Assembly (NCBI GenBank): GCA_037379345.1
Contig: CM074514.1
Coordinates: 26,908,001 to 26,972,000 of the forward strand
Direction: 5' to 3'
DNA from: Perna viridis
Taxonomy: Eukaryota
Length of the DNA stretch: 64,000 nt
A program made the translations under genes and the position numbers. The notes beneath the pieces were generated by a model, which was not told the DNA's origin, did no database searches, and worked only from the letters and a program-made list of their open reading frames with translations. This document shows positions 38,239-51,700 of this stretch, one piece after another (positions within the stretch are counted from its first letter, which is position 1; the number at the start of each line of letters is the position of its first letter).

Positions 38239-38882
38239 CAAACCTAGGAGCTTACCTGCTTCCAGAAAGAGTTAATTTAGATGCAACATGGGATAAATGA
38301 TGTTTAAGTGAAAATGTTTTTTGTAACATCTGATACATTTCTAGCTAGCTAATACTGTAATGGAGTTATGTTAAGAGTATCTATAATGGTTTCAGAGTAT
38401 GATGTGAACAAAACAAATTTCTTCTTTTCCTGGCTTTGGTCAGTATAGACAGATGTTTGGTTTATAAAGGTTCAGAATGTGTAGTAACTAAAATAACATT
38501 GAACAGAATATGATTATTTATGACAAGTATCAATATATTCAGGGTCCAGTTTAGACAGGGTTCTTTGATTAAATGATCATTATTCCATGAACGTAAATAG
38601 AAATTAAAAATGAAATTTAACGAACAAATTAATTGGATTGGGATCTAAACTATTAAACCAAAGATTGAAATTTGTATGATATTTATACTTGTACTTGTAC
38701 TTGTACTTGTACAAATATTTAGCAAAGGAACATGACCAGTTTGATATTTCATTGATTTATCATTGCTTTGTCCAAACAGTGATTTTTGTAAAGACAGTGT
38801 TTGCCTGTTTGAACTGTGTCATGTTCATGCAAATTCACAAAAAAGGAGTAACATTTTTGGGTTGCAGTAGCTATGTTTGGTT

Positions 38883-38890
38883 CACTGCCA
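38883..38890 (+). promoter_or_regulatory. miR-34 family 8-mer seed site in the CP110 3'UTR
   Basis: CACTGCCA, ~645 nt after the stop codon, in AU-rich context. Confidence 0.55.
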
Positions 38891-40402
38891 AATTATTTTT
38901 CACTTCTTATCTGGATTTATAATATTATTGTGAAAGACATGTATGGTTATGTTTTTGATCTCAGCACAGTGGTTGTGAATCTCATGTTTGTGCCATGTGT
39001 GACTAACTGCTTCATTGTACCCTGGTTGTTATATAGTGCTTTCTCAGTAAAAGTTTGCACACAAAGCTCTAGCAATATTTTCCATGATATTTATACACTG
39101 GGCATAAATTAAATTTAGTGGGCTACAGATTGTCAATCTGAATGTCTGTTCATTCATTTAATAATGGTGTACCTTTAAGTATCTTCCTATGCTAATGGGG
39201 TCATTGCATCATGAAGTGAAAAATTTGTGTATCATACGTCTTGATGTCATGTTTTCTTGCTTCAGATTTGTTTGTTTCACTTATGTTTATACATTTATAT
39301 GAAAAAGATTGACTTTTTTTAGAAAAATAAATAAATTTTTACTGAACTTAAAAATGGAGTTGGAATGCATCTAACTAAATCATTAAATACAAAACTGATA
39401 TAGTTCAAAACTAACAATAATCTAAAGCAAAAATAAATCATAGTATCTCGCTGAAATATTTGTTGGCATTTATAGCGCATACAACAATATTGTTCAAATA
39501 ATAAACCTTTTGTCACACACAGATTTAAATACAAAAAAAGTATTGAAAGTTTAAATCTTCTTTGTACATTGTCCTGTTAACTACCAAAGGCATTTCATCA
39601 GGTGATTGTCATTTAATGAAAGAAGACCAATTCCATTCTTTGAAAATTATCATTGTATGGGCTGTAAGATTCACATTTTTCCTCATTGCTTTATCACAGA
39701 AATGTATATGTGACCTTCACAGTGTATGGATACTTCTGATTTCTGAGCACAAGACAGAATTAAGTATAACTCAACATACGAATCTGGCTGAAGATGACTT
39801 CACACTTTTGTTCCCAATTTTAAATAAGCTATATATATATATGTACATTCAGTTTTCCTTGTCAACATGTTACCCTTAGTTTGTTCCTTTTGTACAAATG
39901 ACTAGTTATATGGTAAAAATTTGGCAGAAAATCTAAAAAATAACTCTAAGAATGCCTTTGATATTTGATATCATGGAACAGAAGAATATTCTCAGCTTAA
40001 TTTAATTCTTAGCTTTTTGATGATATAGACTGAAATGTTTAGGGTAGGATTAAACTGTCCTGTTTATAACTGGGAAAATCCTTAATCAATACTAATGTAA
40101 TTTGTAAAACCATTTGGTTTTGGTGTGTGTAAACTAAATCCTGTCACTAGATATTGAATGTGCCAACCTTAGTATTGAATCTGCCTGATTCTTATAGTAA
40201 ATAATACTTGAATCTCCAAACTCATAACTTGGCAGCCAAGCATTTCAAATCTGTCACTTGTGAATATTGCAACTGTTATGTATGTTTAAGATGCATTTAA
40301 GAACTATTTTTATTGATATTTTATGTACAAGATCACATTATTTTGTTATTTTTTACGGTGTCATTCTTTGTTGCCAAACAGATCTGTTATCTGTGATCAT
40401 AA

Positions 40403-40408
40403 AATAAA
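40403..40408 (+). terminator. Candidate CP110 polyadenylation signal
   Basis: AATAAA after a U-rich UTR-like stretch containing TGTA motifs. Confidence 0.45.
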
Positions 40409-42016
40409 AAAACTGGATTAAATAATGAAATTCTTATCATTTTGCCTTAATGTACATGTAAAATTATTGGTGTTCATACCTTATGTTTCCTGTTCATCAT
40501 ATATTCTGGTTTTAGATTTGATTTAAATCATTGTTTCAATTAAGATTTAGAATTGTTTTGAAAGTTTGGAATGGGTTGATTCTAAAACTGTAATGTATTG
40601 CATTCTGGGATTTCTATTGTTTATAATGTTCCTGATGGTCAAGATATATTTAACGAGTACGCTGCAATGTTGTTTATGAGGATAGAAGTTGAATTTATGA
40701 ATTAATAATTTAATAGCAGTGATCCGATACTGTGAAAGTGTTATTGTTTATGGGGTACCAATTTTAATGGTTTTCATGGATTTTGTACACAATTTCCCAG
40801 TCATTTGCAAGATGAAGTTGTCAATCCATGGGTTCTACACTTTTTTCCCTTAAGTAGGAAATTTAGTATCCACAAACAAAAGGTACCTTCACTGTAAGTA
40901 AGCTGAAATACCATTCTAAACATTCTTTGCAGACATAGTTCTTCTGACATTAATAAGTTTATGTAAGTGAAGTTCACAGAATTAATATATTTTGTTCAAT
41001 CTTCCCCCTTTATTATTTCAAATGAGAAAAATTATATACTTCATGATACTGGATTTTCTAAAACACTTTCGTGTAGATTAATTTGCCTTCTAAACTGCTT
41101 TAAGCCTTGTTTTTACTTCCTCCTAAGAAGGAAACTTGACACATCGAAAACTGCACTGGTTGATTTCTTTAAAAGGGCATTATACAACATATATATGGCA
41201 AACAATTGACAGTACTGATAAGTTGTCCTGTTTCAGACTTGTACCTTAAATGCATGTTATGCATGTCAAATGTGGTCATGGAATTTAAGTAACTATTTTT
41301 GTTCTCATTCAATATTTTACACAGGACATATGTGCTTTGATTATGCCATTATATCATTTCATTTGAATTTTCTTGAGTTCCCGAGTGGACATACAGCAAT
41401 GTAGGGCATTGGGGAACAATCTTGTGGGTCTAGATATCAAATTCGTTTTAAAGAAAGGGACCATTGAAATATTTTTTGCCACCCTCCTTACCATGAATCA
41501 TATGCTTAAAACAAGAAGTATTTCTCAGCATAATGAAATTCTTCCTGTTATGTCTTATATCAGTGTTATTGGAAAATTAAGTTAATAGGAACCCATGGTC
41601 ATATACTACAATATAGTAAATACTTTTCTCCCTTGTATAGAATTTCTATTTTGTGTTTCTTTGTGCTCTAGTGTTACTGTCTATCACAAGTTATGGAGAG
41701 AAATAAAAACTAAGACTTGAAATTACATTTGAATGCAAACATATGTAATTTGTAGCAACCACTTCTTTGAGCTCTTGTTTTGTCATCCTATGTTGGGACA
41801 AGACTTAAGTTGTCACTTCAGACATCATGAACTTGATGATTGTTGTGGTCTTGAGAGCAGATTTGTTCCAATGTCATAATTCCCTTCTTACTTTATAATC
41901 CAGATTTTTACATCATATGAGTGACTGCAGGTGTTTCTAGAAAAGCAGAGGACCCTTTACCAGTAGATAGCCACCTAGTCCTTACTTCCAGCTTTTAGTG
42001 GTGTCTGAGTTACCAT

Positions 42017-42290
42017 TTTTATACCCTGCTACACAAAGTGGCATGAATTATGTGATGCCTTCCATTAACTTGCATGTCATCCATCTGTCTTTCTGTCCAT
42101 TTCCAGATGAATACTTGAGAACAGATTAATGAGGTTTTTTTTTAATCTTTGCCAGTACAATAAAACACAGGTTTTATTAAATTTTTAGCAAAATCCTAAA
42201 AAGTAGTTTTTAAGTCGGGCCATTTGAACATTTTGTCATCCCCCTTCTTCAGCATTAGGTGGCAGGATATTACTTAATGCTCCATTAATG
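42017..42290 (+). mobile_element. HINE-like repeat; same family occurs inverted at ~3480-3630
   Basis: TTTTATACCCTGCTACACAAAGTGGCA...CCATCTGTC... matches the reverse complement of 3490-3629. Confidence 0.6.
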
Positions 42291-42838
42291 CCCTATTTTA
42301 TCTTGTATTTCTGTCTTAGTTTATAGGTGTTATATATATTAATTTGTCTGTTTTTTTGTTTTAAGTCTTTGTCCAGTGATCATAAATATCCTGTTCCTAG
42401 ATCTAATGATGGTCTCATTGTATTTAAATTTTGAGTTTGTGGCCCCTGCTGTTTAGAATAAGGGGACCAAAAAGGGTAAAAATAGTCTTTTTATTAAAGC
42501 CCATGTAGAATGTTGGTTTTTCTTCAGATTTTGATTATTCATTTTTTTATTCTGTTCCTTATTTAATTCTCGTAAAATGTATCAAGCAGATTTTATGCGT
42601 TTTGGACCATTTTCAAGTTATAGATCAAAGTTCACTTTTTAATTTTGGTCAGATTTTGAAAATCTTATTATTGGATTCCTCATACAGTTCCATTAATGCC
42701 TCATTTTTTTTGTTAATTGGTGTTATTTATGGTCTTTTGTCTGTTTTCTGGTTTCGCGTCAAATCATGAAAATCCTGTTCCTTGTTCTAATCATGGTCTC
42801 TTATTGTCAGAGTGATAAACAAAAATATAATAACTGTT

Positions 42839-42844
42839 TTTATT
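42839..42844 (-). terminator. Candidate SLC26A11 polyadenylation signal
   Basis: AATAAA on the minus strand ~1.1 kb after the stop, preceded by a U/TGTA-rich stretch. Confidence 0.45.
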
Positions 42845-43945
42845 TGTATAAAATTATACAAATACATAATTTTTACATTTTGCATAAAGATATTTTACAA
42901 TTAATACATAAAAATAAACTAACTCTGTGTAAAACAATACTGATGTTATTGTCACGTCTATTAGATAAGACATATGCCCTTATGGTGATCTCTTTCAAGA
43001 GAAAATGAAGTTGAGTCCTGTTTTTTGAAGCAGAAAAAAAGATTTTTGTTGATTATTATATCAAGTAATTAAGAGGTTAAAAAAAATCTGAAAACCATTT
43101 TCCAAAGGACAAAAACTGAAATTTGTATACTCATTCCCAGCAAATACTAAAATTTTGTTGACTTAAAAGTTAAAAATATAGTCAAAATTTGAGCTTTATG
43201 ATGTTGGATGAAAAAAAATCACATTCCATAACAACCTTCAAATAAAAATTATAATCACAGTCAAAATTGAATGGATACTTTATGACTAGAAAGTACATCA
43301 GAAGTAATGATTAGGGTCTGATATACATATATATATATATATCTATATACATTTTGGATGAAAATTGTTGTGAAATGCATGACATATGTGATGGTAGTGT
43401 ACTGATAATAAGGCATAGGCCCTAACAGTAACAAATAAGGTATTAATTATCTCCCTTTTTCTTCAGATGAGAAGTTTTCATTTTTTTTCTGGAGCACAAA
43501 GAAAAACAAACCTGGAGAAATAAGTACCCTTTATATTAACAGCTGATATAATTAGCAAAAAGTTGTACATTTATTTTAATTTAAAATAAATGCTTTATTA
43601 CTGAGTACATAATACTACTAATTTTAAGCCACAATGCTTAGTCTAGCAAAATTATTCTCTGAATATTTTTTTGCTCTAAAAATCAGATTTGATTAGAAAA
43701 AAGAGAGAAATTGACACCTAAAAATTATCTCAAAAATCAATTACTGGTATTGAAAAGAATACAATAGCACCTTTCCTTTTTGTTTTACATATACAAAATC
43801 TAAAAGCACTAGAAAAGCTTCTCAATATATATAAATAATATCCTACAATACATAATCAACAAATAACATCACGTAACAATAAATACAAAATATGAAACAA
43901 TAACAATGGTATTAACAATGAAAAATAATCTCCTAGAGTTCAATA

Positions 43946-45732
43946 TCACAAATGGCTACTGTTTATAATATCAACAACAACTGTGGCTTCGCCAAGGCCA
44001 TTTGACACCTCACCATTCTGCATGTCTTTCTTGTGTAAATCTAAAATGATAGAAATTTAATTAAATTAATATGCTGTGTTATCAATCTTTTTAAACATAC
44101 TGACTGAAGCTTGAAAAGAGGATTTCAGATATGTTCAAACCCTTAAATGTCAAAGTAAGCTTAAATTATATTCACAGACCTGATTATTTTCCAGAATTTT
44201 CAAAATTCATAACTTTACAGTATGCTAATTGTTAAATTCACAGGAAAAGTAAAAAGAAACCAAATGTTTTGACTCGTTTTAAACATTTTGCCAATTTTCT
44301 GCTTCTCTGAAGTTCCTTATCATCACATTTAAACATATATATGGCACTATTAATTTAATGTGTGGTGTCGAGTTGGGACATCAGTGTGAGGTTAACATAT
44401 ATATGGCACTTTTAATTTGTGGTGTTGAGTTGGGACATCAGTGTGATGTTAACAAATATATGGCACTATTAATTTATGGTGTTGAGTTAGGACATCAGTC
44501 TGACAAATATTCTTAGCTTACCTTGTAATAATCTGCATCCATCTCTAACGGTAGAACTGACTAACAGATCTGAAACCTCAGCTTTCTCCAACTGTTTAAG
44601 AATCTTCTCCGGTAAACAAGCAAACACTATCTTTGTGTTTCTCCGAGTGAATTCAACAATCATCTCTTTAACACACTAAAAAAAAAACAAATTCAATTCA
44701 TTAAATGGATAAATGTTCAGAAATACTTTAAACCCAACTTTAGCTCAATTTGCCTTTTTAAAGGATAAAAATAATGGTAAACAATTTAAATAACAATTAA
44801 TAATCACTTGGTTGTATCCCAAAGTAGAAACCAGCATTCTGTCAATACAATGTACTATCAAAGTGATATAGTGCCCGCTGCTTACTACAGAGATATGGAA
44901 ACTTATCTTCCAGCAATATACTGTATATCAAAGAAGACTTGATCTATAATCTCACCATTGTAAGGTAATATTCTAAAATAAAATTACTTGGCTTAAACAT
45001 TGCAGAAAACTTTTTTAAGAATTTGTTTACACAGAAGGACAGACAGACAGACAAAGTGGTTGCCTTTAGGAGATTTATCAAAAAGAGCCATTAAAAACCT
45101 ACCTGAATTGAACTATAGTCTATATCAGATATGTGGCTACAGTCTAACACTGTTGACTGGTGCCCAGTTCCTCTATCTGGAAAAGAAAAGAGTAACAGTT
45201 TATAAATGTTGTTAAATGACAGTACTTGATGAATTCATTTAACCATAAAATAATTACATATTAGTTAGCATTTGTGGACCCAGGTTGAAGACCATTAAAG
45301 TGAACAAGAATTCCATGACCATATATCTTCCCCAATTACCTTTACTGCTGAAACAGACATTTGGCAATTGCTGAAATCAGCAAATCATTAAACTATAGCT
45401 TTACACTATTCAATTATTAAAATAAACTTTCAAAATTTGCTGTCAGCTTAAAAGCTTTTGGAAATCAAAATAATTACTTCGTAAAATATATTGTTGAAGC
45501 ATTTTATCTCCCTTAGCTTATTGGCCTGCAAAATTATTTTAAAAAATTACAAATCTGTTCTAACTTAAACTTTGAATTAAATGCACTAGAAAATAAATAT
45601 TTTAAGCAGCTGGTTAGTACCTATTGAAGACTTGGCCTCCAGTTCCTCTAATAAGAAGTCAACACTGGGGAAAGAAAAGCCATGAGCTAAAGTTAATACA
45701 CTAATATTTTGTACATCTTTCATCTTCTGTGC
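43946..45732 (-). CDS. SLC26A11: SLC26A11 exons 16-19 (STAS domain and tail)
   Basis: GFSFPSVDFL; VLDCSHISDIDYSSIQ; CVKEMIVEFTRRNTKIVFA; ...VDIINSSHL*. Confidence 0.92.
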
Positions 45733-48700
45733 CTGAAATGAGAAACAAACCATGTCTTATACATGTAATTAAATCCATGAATTTGAAAACCATATAACTT
45801 TTTTAGGCAATATAAATGTATTCCAATATGAATTTGAATACAAACATAATTTCAAAAGTATGAAATATTTAACCAAGATGTTTTAGTCTTCTGTAAAAAA
45901 TGTTTCCAGCCATATTCCCTTCTAAAAATGTATGGATTTTTGCAATTTATATTCAAAAGAAGATTTGGCTCTGTTGAAAAAAACAGTGCCTATGATCTTT
46001 GTTACATTATTTCTATAATACACAGAAAGTTTAGTTTAGGCAGGAGTTCGGTTAACCCAGTTTCATAGTGGACACAAACTGATATGAATGGACTACTGAG
46101 CATACGGTAACTGAACCGATCAGCGCAACAAAAATTGCATTGATCATTGATCACCGATCAGTTTCCAGTCAGTCATCGATCTGTCAAACCGATCCATTTA
46201 ACTGGTGATCACATCACGTGACGACAGAGAGGTCAATGTATTTGTTTTTGTTGTTTTCTTTGTCAATTTTACATATATTTACATAATGTAATATATTTAA
46301 ACATCAATTTATACATTTATTGTACATTTATTTTATTTAAAACTGATCTGACGTCATATTACACAAAAAAACTGCAATCAGATCGGTCACCGGTCATTGA
46401 TCCGTCAGCGATCTATCAGTCAATGGTAATCGATCCTTCAAATTGTTGCACAGATCGGTTCAAGGACTGTACTTGTTTTAGACAGGTATTCAAATTATAC
46501 AGGGTTCAGTTAAATCAGGGTTCAATTTACAGCAATTCTTACCTTGACCCTAGGTCTGGCCATTGGGTATAGAAGAATTATCAATGAAATTCCAACTCCT
46601 ATCATAATGCCATACTGAAAATAACAAAACCATTAATATACCCATAAAACTAGGCAAAAAAAAAATCACAAAAAATATAACTTAAATATTTTTATTTGCT
46701 TCCATATATCTTTTCACAAATATTCATAAGCATTTAGCTATTATTTTAACTGATTATCAGTTTGTTTACATCCATAGAAATATATTCATTTTGTAAGAGT
46801 TGCAGGAACCATATCAGAGATTATTGAGTTATCTCTCCTGCAAAAAATTAAATAGATTATTTTGAAGCACAACTTACCTCTATACCTATACCTAAACAGC
46901 AGAGAAAGGTTACAACAAGAACCATCAGGTCTAATTCTAAAAAAAAAATAGAAAGACAATTTTAAAAATGATGAATCTATAAAACCAACATATGTACAGA
47001 AAAATCAGAATATTAAAATATAATGACAAAAGTTTTTGAAAGTGCTAAATGATATTTTAAATTATATAAGTTGGGAAAAAAACCTTCCCAAATTATACTG
47101 ATACAATAATAGCTTACTTTGATAATTATAATTAAAACCTCTATTACATAAATTGAAAAATTGCAAAAATCTTATCTTGTATGCTGTTTCTCATCCACTG
47201 TGAAAATAATTTCAGGCTAATAATAGACTCCAACTGACAGCTAAAGTAAAGCTTTTCTACATTTTAAACTTGCATAAAGGGGCATTTTACTGGTTTGTTG
47301 ACCTCATTAAATCATCCCTGACTGTAAATGATTTCAAATGTTAATGGGTATACATGTACTTACTATTAAGCCTCCATAAAGTTTTAGGAATGTTGTAATC
47401 TACCATCTGTATAACAGCAGAAATAATGACAGCAGCCAGAGCTGACTTGGGAATGTATTTAAATAATGGTGTCAACACTTGTAATGCCAGGAGAATAATT
47501 GCACCTATAAAATTCAAACAAATATTGTCAACTATATCAATGTAAAAGTCAAATGATTGTTTAGCATCATTTCTAATTGCAGTTTCTGAATGGGCTCTTG
47601 AATATATTGGATTTTACTTGTATTGCCCTAAAATTACCCTACAGTAAAAACAAGTTCAAGGTTAGTTTTTTACATAATATATGAAAAGAAATCTCAGGTT
47701 TCCCAATCCATATTTTATAAACTGGCATTAACAGTCACCCCCATGTAAAAAAATGATAAATTGGAGTCTGTGTAAATATATTTTAAATATTCTCCTCTGG
47801 TAAATTGGAATGCTTTAAACAAACAATGAACACATGTATCTATCTAGGACTGAGAACTCACCTGTAACAACACCAGAGGCTGGGGTTCTAACTCCACTCT
47901 GTGAGTTTACTGCAGTTCTACAAAATAAAATAATTCATATTCATTTTGAAATAAAGTCCATGATGGTTCTATACATCATGTAATGTTAATCTTTTATTTT
48001 AATGACAAAGTAATAAACAAATCTGTTTGTTCGATTGAAGAGAATTTAAGAATTTGTTCTATCTATAACAGCTTATGCAATTTAACAATTTAAGTAGCTT
48101 TCTTTGTAAGAATCAGGCAAAATCTGAAAAAAATGATACACCCCAAAAAAGGCTACATATTTTTATTTTTGTAATTAAGTTGTTTTATGTGTTTATTCTT
48201 TGAAATGTATAATTATTCATTCAGATCTGCCTGCTCTTAGAAGATAATCAACATTGAAAATCCAGTAGATTCTATTGTATTTGAGCGTCATTTACATTTA
48301 CTTAGCTGGAGTGCTACTTAAATCTAAATTTTGTTTGAAGTGTTTTATATTATTCCTTGTCCCTACATGTACCAAATATATGTTTACCTTGAGAAGCTGC
48401 CGGTGACCGGATAAGATGAAAAGAATGAACTAACTATGTTGGCTACACCTGAAAAATAAAAAAAAGTAAAATATCAAATATATACAACACTTCACAACAA
48501 CTAAAGTGGCCTAACAACAAGTTCCGAATGTGCATATTGGTTTCAACTATAAACAAAATTGAATCAAATTAAATTTTTCTGTGATTCAAGGGGAATAACT
48601 CAAAAGATTTATTCAAACATCATCCACCTTGACCTTACTCTCAATTTAATGACAATGAAAAATATACAAATATAAAACAAGTGAAAATTAAGTAGTTCCC

Positions 48701-51700
48701 TATTTATTGGAAGCAATCAGTTTACATCAGACAGACAATCACATAGTCCTTAAGGACAAACCAAACATTTTGCATGGAAACAATATAAGATTTTACTATA
48801 TCACGGTTAATGCATAACATGGAAATACTTAGGTGTCTATTCCTTCAAGTGAACATTAATTAAATAAATTACAAACTTACCAATGGCAATGAGTTCTTGA
48901 CTTGGATAAATCTTGTAATTATTTCTTCTAGCTGCAAACAAATAGTTCAATGATCGATCACACAATACTAAACCATGAACTAGAAATGATTAGAATTCAG
49001 AAAAATTAAGTGTTTGTTTATACAATATAGTCTTTATTTATCTTTACACACTGAAAATAAGGTGCAAAAAAATTAAAGATTTTAAAATTAAAAACTTAAT
49101 TATATTCTAAGAAATTGGCAGTAAAAGATCTGAACATGTACACTCAGTCAGTATTATACTTACAGAAAGCCTTAGCTATAGCAATAAGCTCCACAAGACC
49201 TAACAGTGGGACAATGATGAAACCAGCACCAATACCCTGGAAGGGAGGTCAAAAATTATAATCTCTAAGTCAGTGAATAAAAATACAGTGACTTTAACCA
49301 GGACTTGATCAAATTTCTGCAAGAGGTTTACTACCATTTTACAATATCTAAGATTTTTACAGATTTCATAGAAGAAACTTTGGTTTTGCAATTAAATATG
49401 AAAATGAATTAGCAAGGATCTGATATGAATAGTCAGTGACATCAAATTACTGTAAATACTGATGCTTAAATCTAAAGATGCTATTGATAGAAATGAGCTT
49501 CTAAAAGACCAGGTGTCGATTTCACAAAAAGTCGTAAGTGTAAAATTGATTGTAAATAATGATGTCACAATGCTATTTTAAGTTGTAGCGTCATTACTTA
49601 CGATCAACTTTACACTTACAACTTTTTGTGAAATCGATGCCAGAACTTATAAATACGAAGCCAAATTATAAATACGTACTGTAAATACTTCCTGAGTTGT
49701 ATAAGTAGAATTTGCATCAGAAACTGAGAATTTGGGTAGACGTACTGGAGGCAAACCACTTCTAATGTGGCCTGTGATGGATAGTTTGTTTATGTCATAA
49801 TACTGCAGAATGGCTACAATTCCTGAGGTTACTATTACAACAATGGCATTGGCACCTGTGATCATAATAAAAATTGGTGTGTCATAAAATAATTTCAAGT
49901 TAAAAGGACAGTCTTTAAGCAACACTTAATAATGAAGATCACTTTGTTTAAAGCAACAATTAAAAAATGATAGTCTCTAACTACAGCTAAAAATAATGGA
50001 AAACATTTTGTATTCAGACTATAACTATTGGTAAATAATGAAGAAGATTTGGTTTCAAGCAGGTCTATGTAAGATTTGGAGTTAAATTTCAAGGTCTATT
50101 AAAAATACTATTAATTTCTTAGCAAGTTATTCAAAACATATGTTTTTTTTTAACCAACTGGAATTTCTTTGAGTTATATTTGTTACGATAATATAAGTAC
50201 CCCAGTGAAAAAACAAACTTACTTGTTCCTATTAACCAAACAATATATCTAGCTGCCCTTACAGCTCGGGATGGAGGGCTAGCTGGGTCATTTTTCCAGT
50301 CAATTGTTCTCATTTTCTGTAAAAAAATGTTAAATCAGATTTACAACAAACTCTATCCCAACTTTTTTTCCATTTTAAATCACTCATTCTGTGCAGTAGG
50401 ATTTAACACAGCAAGAAACTTTCAGATATATTTTAAGTCTCCTGTAGTTTGTGTAATTGATAAGAATCTTTTCCATCCATATAATAAAATAACTGTAGAT
50501 TTCAAGCCTAGATTTGATCATGATTAAATAAGAATTACTAAGAATTTGGTCACTTATGGTAAGTCTCTTTTCACATAAATTAAAATCTATAAATATTATT
50601 TCTTTCATTATACTTCAAAATGCAATATGAAACTCCAAGCATGCCTGAAGAGGTCTGTCAAAACAGTTTATAGCAAAAAAAAAACATTCAACCAAAAGCT
50701 GAACAGACAAATACTAAGCAACAAACAAACATTATCTTACCTTCATCAAAATAAGAACAACCAAGCTAACCAGGCCCATAATGAGGTCCCATACACTGAA
50801 AGAATCCATTAATAAATGATTAAATCATAATAAATTAATTTGAGATAAATACTGTAATCTGATTGGTTAAAATAATTTTGTTATATCTCAATGGATAAAA
50901 AAAATTTTGACACGCCCCTATTCAGTTAAATTAAGAGCTACTTTTCTCATGTTTAAAGATAAAAATATGTTTTAAAATTGATTAATAAGAATTGGCACTT
51001 CGCACAATACACAATATGCACATGGAAAATTTCGGTTATGTTTTAATAGACAATTTTTTATCATAGCCAATTCTTAAATATCTTCAGTAAAATATCATTT
51101 CTATTTCTATCCTCATTATAACCTAAATGTCCTCAATACACACCAAGAAATGTCTGAACCTGACTATGAACATTTTTTAAGACTATGCATAAGTTTGTTT
51201 GCCATTCTGTAGACATGACCGCAGGAATAGGGAAAGTTGTGTGTGATCTCTAACCCTGAAACTGAAAACACTTAAAAATTTGACTTACTTAGTCTCTGGA
51301 ATATGTTTGCATGTCTCATATACCATGTGTAAAAATTCTCTAGGAATGTCCTTCAGGCCTAAGATATTCTGGAAATTAAAAACAGAAGATTATTAGATCT
51401 TTTACAACAAAACAATATTTTAAAGGAATGACTCTAATCTAATTATTTTTTTATTGTGTGTAAAACATTGTAATTGTTCATACAAAACAGGTTATACTGA
51501 ATGTGTCAGCCAAAAAAAGTTTTTTTACCTCAATAAATTAATTCAAAAAAGAGTCTTTTTTCCTGAATAAAGTTATTTTATATTAAAAAAAAAAGAAATG
51601 TACAACAGTTTGTCAAAACAGAAATTGAATGTACTTCCTGTTACATTGGGCATGCATACTATTGAGATTAATTCATGGGATATAAAAAGACAATTCTGTC

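Noticed and set aside
43949-43957. C-terminal SHL as a peroxisomal PTS1
   Set aside because: PTS1 imports soluble matrix proteins; this is a multi-pass membrane transporter.
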